DNA from: Candidatus Sigynarchaeum calidifontis
GTDB lineage: Archaea; Asgardarchaeota; Lokiarchaeia; Sigyniarchaeales; Sigyniarchaeaceae
Direction of reading: 5' to 3'
DNA: 31,664 bases
Assembly (NCBI GenBank): GCA_030587475.2
Contig: JAUQYZ020000195.1
Span: 1-31,664 of the forward strand
Part shown: positions 9,013 through 16,865 of the stretch, in pieces
How the letters are laid out: each line of letters begins with the position of its first letter
Position numbering within the stretch: the stretch's first letter is position 1
Program-made: the position numbers and the translations under genes
The notes under the pieces: generated by a model
What the model was told of the DNA's origin: nothing
What the model saw: only the letters and a program-made list of their open reading frames with translations
Database searches by the model: none

Positions 9013-9237
9013 TTACAGACCTCGCAACCGTGTTCCCAGGAAAAGCAAGAACCAGCCAAAGCCCTGGAAGCAAAGGCCTAAGACGAATACCGACCCATTA
9101 CCATCAAACCCGGGTATAAACGCGGGGAACATCGAGCCCGTGGCGGTCACGCCGACGATGCCGATGATGATGCCAATCACGAGAATGATCGCTGAGATTA
9201 TCACGGTACCTTTTTTCGGAGGGGACACGCCGCCCAT
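9013..9237 (-). CDS. Small 2-TM membrane protein (74 aa), apparent paralog of 8762-9010
   Basis: VSPPKK + TM + loop + TM ending GFGWFLLFLGTRLRGL. GAGGT lies upstream. Confidence 0.75.
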   Translation of the reverse strand: MGGVSPPKKGTVIISAIILVIGIIIGIVGVTATGSMFPAFIPGFDGNGSVFVLGLCFQGFGWFLLFLGTRLRGL

Positions 9238-9319
9238 GATACTGACCTCTATATGGGTCTAAAAAACCAGGATACAATTCTCGCCCGGGTTTAAATGCGT
9301 GGTGCTTTTGAAGGGATGG

Positions 9320-9470
9320 ATCGCTGACTTCAATCAGGATGTTCTGGATGGCTTCCTCACAGGGTTAGATTGATGTCCACCACGTGGATCGTGATGGCGC
9401 CCGAGCTGGTCAAGAACGTGCCGATCACGGAACGGATGTTGGTGAGGCCCGCGAGTGCGAAACCCACGTC
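9320..9470 (-). pseudogene. Possible decayed gene fragment
   Basis: The minus frame 9470-9357 reads DVGFALAGLTNIRSVIGTFLTSSGAITIHVVDINLTL* with coding-like codons. A shifted frame continues EEAIQNILIEVSDP. No start codon. Confidence 0.35.
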
Positions 9471-9577
9471 TTTTCAAAACACGTTTAGTTGCCAGAGACC
9501 CCGTTTTTTAAAAGTTTTAATCTTTTTAAAAGAAGTCTTAATTGACCCGTTAATACGCATTGTAATGGGGATGCTCG

Positions 9578-10780
9578 ATGCCTAATAAAAAAGCCATTTT
9601 CTTATCAATTTCAATAGTTATTACGATCTGCATTTTATTCTCAGCCAACGTGGCTGCGATCGTGGAAACGAAGCCCGAGATCCGGGAGAACGAACTGTTC
9701 TGGGATGCATTCGCGTTCGGGGAACAACAACCTGTCCCGTTCACTGTAAAATCCGCCGGGAACGTTTCGATTTGGATTCTGACGCCCACTGAATTTGCCC
9801 CGCTCCTCCATGACAATGGAACTTGCCAAGTTCCGTCGGTAGCCGCGGACCTCAACACGATCACCGATGGTTCCCTTGTTAACGGGGTATACGTCATCCA
9901 GCAGCAGTGGACTGTCGATTTCTTAAATATAACTTATGGCCTTCCCAAATACACGCCATCAAGCGCAGGCGCGAGGCCCTCGGTCTACGTGTATCTCGTC
10001 TTGCAGAATCATGGTCCCGGTGACCAGCGGGTCCTGATCCAGGTGAAGCCAGTGTTAGAGTTCGTCTCGCACTTGAGTATCTCGCTGAAATGGCTCATGA
10101 TCTACATCAACGCGGTACTGGTCATCTGGCTCTTCTGGAACGGGCACGCGTGCACGAGGTCGGAAACGCAGAAGAACAAGGCAAGGATGTATTACGGCTT
10201 TGGCGCCGGGTTCGGTTTCGGGATGGCAGCAAGGATCATCGGGGAGACCGTCCATTACTACGACCGGGATGTTGGCCTCTATCTTTTCCCGCAAGACAGG
10301 CTTCAAGGTACCATCGCTTCTGTCATCTTCAACAGCCAGGCCACCACCGCGATTCCCGCAACGCTGTTCGTCATACTACTTGCGCTCGCGTTCGTGGGGT
10401 TTTCCTACATCGTCGAGAAGATCGTGAAGAACCGGAAGCCCGTTTTTACCGTTAACTTGATCGTCGCCGCTGCTGTAGCGCCATTCATGCTGGTCCTCGG
10501 CGATTACACGGATATTATCCTCGGGTACGTCATGGTCTCCATCGTGCTCGCGCTGTTGAACGTCATGCTCGTTTACATCGCTGTAGCAAGGAGCTCGAGC
10601 GGGATTCTTCGCAGGCAAGCCATTTACACGATGGTGGGCGTGCTCATTCCCGTCATTTTCCAAGTTTTCGATGCCGCTATAACTTTCGGTAATTTCCTCT
10701 ATTCCGCGGATATCAAAAGCATCGTGTTCAACTCGATCATCGTGCTAGGGCTGATAGTTTTCTACAAGAGCAACAAATGA
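9578..10780 (+). CDS. Signal peptide + beta-rich ectodomain + 7-TM membrane protein
   Basis: MPNKK + hydrophobic stretch + VAA cleavage-like site. About 135-aa soluble domain with NVS, NGT and NIT sequons, then seven hydrophobic segments to the C-terminus. Confidence 0.85.
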   Translation: MPNKKAIFLSISIVITICILFSANVAAIVETKPEIRENELFWDAFAFGEQQPVPFTVKSAGNVSIWILTPTEFAPLLHDNGTCQVPSVAADLNTITDGSLVNGVYVIQQQWTVDFLNITYGLPKYTPSSAGARPSVYVYLVLQNHGPGDQRVLIQVKPVLEFVSHLSISLKWLMIYINAVLVIWLFWNGHACTRSETQKNKARMYYGFGAGFGFGMAARIIGETVHYYDRDVGLYLFPQDRLQGTIASVIFNSQATTAIPATLFVILLALAFVGFSYIVEKIVKNRKPVFTVNLIVAAAVAPFMLVLGDYTDIILGYVMVSIVLALLNVMLVYIAVARSSSGILRRQAIYTMVGVLIPVIFQVFDAAITFGNFLYSADIKSIVFNSIIVLGLIVFYKSNK

Positions 10781-10856
10781 ATTATTTTCCCCAACGTGAG
10801 ATCAATTTAATTAATTCTTTCCATTTCCACAAGAATTCAAGCATGTTGATGGACTC

Positions 10857-12770
10857 ATGATAGAAAATTCAGATACGAGCGGTGGATCAACGAATCGCCA
10901 AAAAGATGCTGAAAAGATAAAGATATTGCAAAATGTTCGAGAAAATGATTTATGGGACGTTATTGGCTTTCACCGGCCCTTGGGCGGGTTCTGGTATAAA
11001 CTAATCCTCGAAATCGGTATCATTCTCATCCCGATCCTGTTCGTCTCGTTCTGGCTCACGGTGCTGTATCCTTATCCCGAGAGCTTGGGCTATTCCTCGG
11101 CATTCTCGGGGCTGTTCGTGCTGGTCTTTACAGCATTCGACATCGGCACCGCAAACACGTTGAACAGGTTCGTGGCAGATTCAGCGATCAAGAACCCTGC
11201 AAGGATGGTCCAGTACATCCAGTATTTTATATGGTATCAAGCAATCACCGGCCTCGTGCAGATCACGATCTTGAGCGCGTGGTCGATCCTGGTCATGCCG
11301 AACACGCCGCAAGCCTACGGGATCTGGATCATCCTCCTGGTCGTGTCCAAGCAATACCCTGGCTATTTGGCCGTCTTCAAATCTGCCCTCGGATCCCTCC
11401 AGCAATTCAACAAGAAGTCGGCCGTCGATTTCCTCCAGTCAGAGGCGTTCCAACGTCTCACCGAGGTTGGCTTCGTTTTACTCGGCCGCTGGCTTGGCGG
11501 GTTGAACCCAGCAGTGGGCGAGCTCATGGGCATCGCGATGGGGTCGGTTCTAGGCTTGTATCTGGATGATTTCGTTGCCATGATCGTTTCTGGATATCTC
11601 CTGGCGAAGCATCTCAAGCCGTGGGGCATAGAGTTTAAAGACCTCTTCCGGGTCGAGTTCGACAGGCATCTCGTGAAGGAATGCGTGTTATTCGGGTTGC
11701 GGACGGGCATCCCGGGCTTGCTCGTCGCGAACACGCAAGTAATCGGCCTCACCCTGTTCCTAGCGCTGCTCCCCCAGTACACGACCTTCGTCGTCCTGAG
11801 CGGCATGGCCACGCAGCTCGTCGCCATCACGCAGCGCTTGGTCGACCAGGACTTCTCGCCCTTGTTCACCGAGGCTTACCAAAACGGCAAGAAGAAGCTG
11901 TGCCAATATTACCATGCACATGCCATGCGCTTCTTCGCCATCAACACGGGCTTTGCAATGGCCATCATGCTCATCGTGATGACCGTGCTCGGCGACGTTT
12001 TTGCAGCCCTCAAGTTAGAGCGCTACATGCTCACCTTGCCGTTTCTTGTTCCGGCGGCTATTTCCCGGGTCTCGAAGACCTACTTCAATTACCCCGAGGG
12101 CATCATAATCGCCGCCCACAAGCCCACGCAATACATGATCCTGAAGATTATCGAGGAAGGGCTCAGGATCCTCTTTCTATTGTTGACGGTCGTCGTGTTC
12201 CGCGTGCAGAACCTTGGCATCTACGGCGTCGTCTACGTACTCTCCCTGGTCGACTATCCTGCCTACCTTTTGAAGGCGATCATTGCATATACATATATCG
12301 ACCGCCGCTTGTTCAAGCTGCGCCTCATGACGTGGCAAACCTTCGTCGCACCGTCATTGTCGTGCGGGATCTTGTTCGTGGTCTTCGTGACCCTCAAGAT
12401 CTCGGTGCTCGACCCGTTGATGAGATGGAACACCATCGTGGCGATCGCCATCGGCATTGCAGGCATCGCGATCCTCGTGTTCACGTTCTATTTCCCGCTC
12501 ACCGTGCTACTCGGGGGATGGGATGACAACAGCATCAGCGACTTCAGGAAGGTAGTCAAGATGACAGGCCCGAGCAAGATCATCGTGAACCCGATCGCGA
12601 AGATGATCTTCAAGACCGTCCCGGTCGCCCGTCTCCACAATCGATATAAATACGACGAGACGGAGGCGTTCGTGGAACTCAAGGAACTCGTCGCGCTCCG
12701 TGATGAGAACCGTGGCAAAGCCGCCACCAAGCCCGTATCGAGGAAGGACCGGTTGCTGTCGATGTTTTAA
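10857..12770 (+). CDS. MOP-superfamily flippase / polysaccharide-biosynthesis transporter-like protein
   Basis: About 14 TM segments. FDIGTANTLNRFVA after TM2, FSPLFTEAY and overall spacing resemble Wzx/MurJ-type exporters. Confidence 0.7.
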   Translation: MIENSDTSGGSTNRQKDAEKIKILQNVRENDLWDVIGFHRPLGGFWYKLILEIGIILIPILFVSFWLTVLYPYPESLGYSSAFSGLFVLVFTAFDIGTANTLNRFVADSAIKNPARMVQYIQYFIWYQAITGLVQITILSAWSILVMPNTPQAYGIWIILLVVSKQYPGYLAVFKSALGSLQQFNKKSAVDFLQSEAFQRLTEVGFVLLGRWLGGLNPAVGELMGIAMGSVLGLYLDDFVAMIVSGYLLAKHLKPWGIEFKDLFRVEFDRHLVKECVLFGLRTGIPGLLVANTQVIGLTLFLALLPQYTTFVVLSGMATQLVAITQRLVDQDFSPLFTEAYQNGKKKLCQYYHAHAMRFFAINTGFAMAIMLIVMTVLGDVFAALKLERYMLTLPFLVPAAISRVSKTYFNYPEGIIIAAHKPTQYMILKIIEEGLRILFLLLTVVVFRVQNLGIYGVVYVLSLVDYPAYLLKAIIAYTYIDRRLFKLRLMTWQTFVAPSLSCGILFVVFVTLKISVLDPLMRWNTIVAIAIGIAGIAILVFTFYFPLTVLLGGWDDNSISDFRKVVKMTGPSKIIVNPIAKMIFKTVPVARLHNRYKYDETEAFVELKELVALRDENRGKAATKPVSRKDRLLSMF

Positions 12771-12926
12771 TCCACGATAGCCGTCATCGTGCCGTGTGCA
12801 ATCGTTCTATTATTTCTACTTGCGATCCGAGCTGGTGGATGCCATGACAATTGCAACCATGAGATCAAGAGCATCGTAACGATCGAACCAATCGCAAGAT
12901 ATTCGCCCACGAGATCCGAGCCCGTT

Positions 12927-14459
12927 CTATGAATTGAGCCAATCTTCTAGCTGCTTGGCATGTTCGGCCGTCCAGCCCTTGTACGTGTTTGCCATGACAT
13001 CATCGTAGGTCGCCCGGGGATTTTTCGCCCCGTATTCGAATAAGGGTATGGTCTTCCCCTTGAGCTTGTCCCGGTAGGCGCGGAAGGATGCCTTGCACCA
13101 TGCTTGCCATTCCGCGTGCACGCGCTCGTAATCGCAGATGGTTCGTAGCTTCTCGTCCAGCTGCTTGACCATGTCTGGATTATTACTTGCAAGGTTCGTT
13201 ATCTCGTGGGGATCTGCTGTTAAATCGAACAGCTGCGGTTGGAAGCCTGGATAAGCAATGTACTTCCATCGCCCCGTCCGGAGCATGAACATCGACGTGT
13301 TCGCCGCCGTGCCCGTGTACATCGAAAAGGCGTGATCGCGGCGCCACCCGGGAATTCCCTCGAGCAGGGGCAAGAGCGATTCCCCGTCCAAGCGGGTCGG
13401 CGCGTGCTCTTTCGGGATGCCGGCCAACTCGAGGATCGTCGGGTAGAGGTCGACCAGCGAGACGAGTTGATCGACGACCACGCCTTGCTGGAGACCCGGC
13501 CCGGCGATGACGAGCGGCACGCGGGCCGAGGACTCGTACATGTTCATCTTGTAAAACAAATCGTGCTCCATGTTGTTCTCGCCGTGGTCGGACGTGATGA
13601 TCACGTGCGTGGTGTCCCGCAAGCCCAGTTTATCGATCTTGTCCAAGATCTCGCCGATGATGGCATCGGTTTCCGCGATCATGGCATAATAGATTGCCCG
13701 GGTGCGCTTTACCGAGGCCGGGTCGAGCCCGTGTGTCCACGCCTTCGAGATCCGCTGGTACTTGAAGACCGGATGGATGGGCTCTGGATCTTTCGGGGGA
13801 ACCGAGACCGCATCGTAATCGACCCGCGACAGCCAGTACCGAGATGTCTTGAACGCGGGATGGGGGGTCGTGAGCCCGATGTAGAGGAAAAACGGCTCCT
13901 TGTCCCGCTTCTTTTGCCGCTTGGCTTGTTTTTCCAGGAATCTTTTTGCTTTCGCGCAGCGGAACCAGTCTTCCAGGTGATATTTCTCGTCATCCGATTC
14001 CTTGACTTTCGGCGCGGGCTGTAAATACGAGGGAAGCTGGATGTTGGCAGCGCATGTCCAGTCGGTGATGCGGTTCTGCTGCGAGTGCCCGCCGGAAAGA
14101 TAGTCGTGCTTTCCGATGCCGATGCCGCCTTTCGCGCCCCATTTTCTCGTCGCGAGCATGTACCCGCCCTCGTGCACGAGCACGTCGCGCAAGATGGGCG
14201 TGCCGGGCTCCAGCCCCTTGTGATTGCTCCAGCTTTTGCAGTTGAACGTGTATTGTCCCGACCACAAGTTAGCTCGCGCGGGGCAGCAGATCGGATGGGG
14301 CGTGTAGCATTGCGTGAATAACACGCCGCGCTGGGCGAGCTTGTCGATGTTCGGCGTCACGTTCTTCAGCGCGGGATCGCCGAGGCACCCCAGGACCCGG
14401 CCGTCCCACGACTCGACGATGACCAGCACGATGTTTGGCCGTTTCGCTTGCGTGTCCAT
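12927..14459 (-). CDS. Formylglycine-dependent (S1) sulfatase, arylsulfatase K-like
   Basis: RPNIVLV, PICCPARANLWSG (CxPxR), GKHDY, TPHP, YYAMIAETD, SDHGE, YKMNMYESSARVP, QLFDLTADPHE. No signal peptide. Confidence 0.93.
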   Translation of the reverse strand: MDTQAKRPNIVLVIVESWDGRVLGCLGDPALKNVTPNIDKLAQRGVLFTQCYTPHPICCPARANLWSGQYTFNCKSWSNHKGLEPGTPILRDVLVHEGGYMLATRKWGAKGGIGIGKHDYLSGGHSQQNRITDWTCAANIQLPSYLQPAPKVKESDDEKYHLEDWFRCAKAKRFLEKQAKRQKKRDKEPFFLYIGLTTPHPAFKTSRYWLSRVDYDAVSVPPKDPEPIHPVFKYQRISKAWTHGLDPASVKRTRAIYYAMIAETDAIIGEILDKIDKLGLRDTTHVIITSDHGENNMEHDLFYKMNMYESSARVPLVIAGPGLQQGVVVDQLVSLVDLYPTILELAGIPKEHAPTRLDGESLLPLLEGIPGWRRDHAFSMYTGTAANTSMFMLRTGRWKYIAYPGFQPQLFDLTADPHEITNLASNNPDMVKQLDEKLRTICDYERVHAEWQAWCKASFRAYRDKLKGKTIPLFEYGAKNPRATYDDVMANTYKGWTAEHAKQLEDWLNS

Positions 14460-14752
14460 GATCCTTCGCGTTCAATTTACCGCCAGGCCATTTGAGGTTT
14501 CGTCAAGCAAAGGAGGGATTGTCGGTCATGATCGTGAACACGACTAACTACCAGAAAGCCCCCAGGTTTCATCATTACATCGACCACCGCAATTCGATGA
14601 TAGAACCGGGTTATTCACTGCCATGGATCAATATATATTTGATCGAGTGAAACTCTTAACCGGGAAATGGTTCATCTGCAGAACAAAAACAAACGCTTTT
14701 CAACCGATTCCCAGCAAACAATTCGTATTTCAACACGAATCTGGGGTTCATC

Positions 14753-16480
14753 ATGGAAAAGAAAAGGTCCTTGAGGCTCATCGTGTTTTACTTGATCGTT
14801 TTTTTAATCTCGCTGTCGTTTTTCATGGCGTTGATCCCGCGCTTGATGCCTTCCAATCCTCACCAAGGCGTGCGCGTGCATCTCCGCGTGGGAGCCTACG
14901 AAAACGCCCCGAAGATCTTCAAGGACGAACGAGGCAATTGGGCGGGGTTTTGGCCCGATATAATCGAGCATATCGCGGTTAAAGAAGGATGGACCATCGA
15001 GTATGTCGAAGGGACTTTCGACGACGGCCTTAACCGGATCAAAAATGGAACGATCGACATCATGGTCGATGTCGCTTATGCAAAAGACAGGATACAACAA
15101 TACGACATGGTTTACAATAACATAACCGTGTTCGTCAATTGGGGCGCCATATATGCAGGTAAAGCAGATATAATTCACGATTTTGGCGACCTGGAAAATA
15201 AGACTATCGCGACGATGACCAGCAGCATCCATACCACCGGTACTTATGGCATCGTGAATATAACGACCCATTTTGGGATCCCGAATTGTACGTTCATATA
15301 CGTTCCAGACTACACGCGAGTCTTCGAAATGGTGCACAACAAGTCAGCGGATATTGGCGTCGTGAACAGATTATTCGGGATGCTGAATAAGGGAAAATAC
15401 AACGTCGTGGAAACCAGCTTGACTTTTAATCCATCCGAGCTCAAATTTGCCTTCCCGAAAAATGCTTCGATAAATAATGTCATCATTCCACGAATAGATG
15501 ATCGGATGAAAGATCTGATAGCTAACAAAGATTCGGTTTACTACCAATCCATCGACCGCTATTTCATGACCGGCGTTCCGGTCGTCGAAAAGATACCTGA
15601 TTGGTTAGTTTACGTGATAATAACCGTCACGATCGTGGGAATTGTCTCTGTATCGATGAGCATCTATCTAAAGCGTGTCGTCAACCAAAAAAACGCCACG
15701 ATCGAAGAACGAAACCGGATCGAGAGCAAATTGCGGACGGTATTGGGCGAATTGTCGGTTGCCAAGGAAAGGGCCGAGGAGTCAGACAGGCTCAAGTCTG
15801 CGTTCTTGGCCACGATGTCACACGAGCTGCGCACGCCGCTGAATTCCATCATCGGCTTCACCGGGATCCTCCAGCAAGAGCTGGTCGGCCCCTTGAACGC
15901 GGAACAAAAAAAGCAACTCGGCATGGTGCGGGACAGCTCCACCCACTTGCTCAACTTGATCAACGACGTGCTCGACCTCTCCAAGATCGAGGCTGGTCAA
16001 CTGACGGCGGTAATGGCGCCTTTTGACTTGCGTGCTTCGATCGAGAAATGCGTCCGGACGGTTCGACCTCTGGCGGACAAGAAGGGGCTCGTACTGGAAA
16101 CAGAGATCGGTCAAAATGTCGGAAGCATCACGAGTGACCAGAGGCGCGTGGAGCAGATCATGCTCAACCTCTTGAGTAATGCAGTGAAGTTCACCGAGAA
16201 GGGAACGGTTCGCTTTGAATGCAAGATGGATGAAAATAACGTCTCGATCCGCGTCATTGACTCGGGGATCGGGATCAAGAAGGCGGACATGGACAAGTTG
16301 TTCAAGCCATTCCGCCAGATTGACACGAATATCACGCGGAAATACGAGGGCACGGGATTGGGGCTCTCGATTTGCAAGAAGCTAGTCGACTTGCTAGGAG
16401 GCAATATTTGGGTGGAAAGCGAGTTCGGTAAGGGAAGCACCTTCTCGTTCACCTTGCCGATTACAAAGGGATCATCATGA
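14753..16480 (+). CDS. Membrane sensor histidine kinase with extracellular solute-binding (family 3-like) domain
   Basis: N-terminal TM, LRVGAYENAP...GFWPDI binding domain, second TM, H-box FLATMSHELRTPLN, N-box NLLSNAVKFT, DSGIGI, GTGLGL, GKGSTF. Confidence 0.95.
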   Translation: MEKKRSLRLIVFYLIVFLISLSFFMALIPRLMPSNPHQGVRVHLRVGAYENAPKIFKDERGNWAGFWPDIIEHIAVKEGWTIEYVEGTFDDGLNRIKNGTIDIMVDVAYAKDRIQQYDMVYNNITVFVNWGAIYAGKADIIHDFGDLENKTIATMTSSIHTTGTYGIVNITTHFGIPNCTFIYVPDYTRVFEMVHNKSADIGVVNRLFGMLNKGKYNVVETSLTFNPSELKFAFPKNASINNVIIPRIDDRMKDLIANKDSVYYQSIDRYFMTGVPVVEKIPDWLVYVIITVTIVGIVSVSMSIYLKRVVNQKNATIEERNRIESKLRTVLGELSVAKERAEESDRLKSAFLATMSHELRTPLNSIIGFTGILQQELVGPLNAEQKKQLGMVRDSSTHLLNLINDVLDLSKIEAGQLTAVMAPFDLRASIEKCVRTVRPLADKKGLVLETEIGQNVGSITSDQRRVEQIMLNLLSNAVKFTEKGTVRFECKMDENNVSIRVIDSGIGIKKADMDKLFKPFRQIDTNITRKYEGTGLGLSICKKLVDLLGGNIWVESEFGKGSTFSFTLPITKGSS

Positions 16481-16854
16481 GTGCAAAGATCTTGTACATA
16501 GAGGATAACGAACAGAACCTCTATCTAGTCACGTTCTTGTTGAAAACGAAAGGGTACGAGGTGCTGCAAGCCCACGAGGGCCAGGAAGGCATCAACATGG
16601 CCGTTCAAGAACGGCCAGACCTGATATTGCTCGACATACAGCTGCCATCCATGGACGGCTATACCGTGGCAAGGATGCTGAGAACCGAGGCCGGCCTGAA
16701 AAAAACGCCCATCGTGGCCTTGACTTCCTATGCCATGCCCGGGGATCGCGAGAAGGCTTTGGCCGCTGGTTGCACGGGCTATATAGAGAAGCCCATCAAT
16801 CCGGACACGTTCTTGACTCAAATCACGGAATATTTGAAAAATGTTGAGCCTTAG
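16477..16854 (+). CDS. Single-domain response regulator (DivK/CheY-like receiver)
   Basis: ILYIEDN, LLDIQLP (phospho-Asp), ALTSYAM, YIEKPI. ATGA overlap with the kinase stop. Confidence 0.95.
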   Translation: MSAKILYIEDNEQNLYLVTFLLKTKGYEVLQAHEGQEGINMAVQERPDLILLDIQLPSMDGYTVARMLRTEAGLKKTPIVALTSYAMPGDREKALAAGCTGYIEKPINPDTFLTQITEYLKNVEP

Positions 16855-16865
16855 GGGAAAGAACA

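Noticed and set aside
4029-10780. The two 7TM proteins as rhodopsins or true GPCRs
   Set aside because: No retinal-binding Lys within TM7 and no DRY/NPxxY motifs; only the architecture is supportable.
12771-12926. Short repeats (GATCCGAGC, CGTTCTAT, CTTGCGAT/ATCGCAAG) between convergent genes
   Set aside because: 8-9 bp matches with no regular spacing; compatible with chance or terminator structure.
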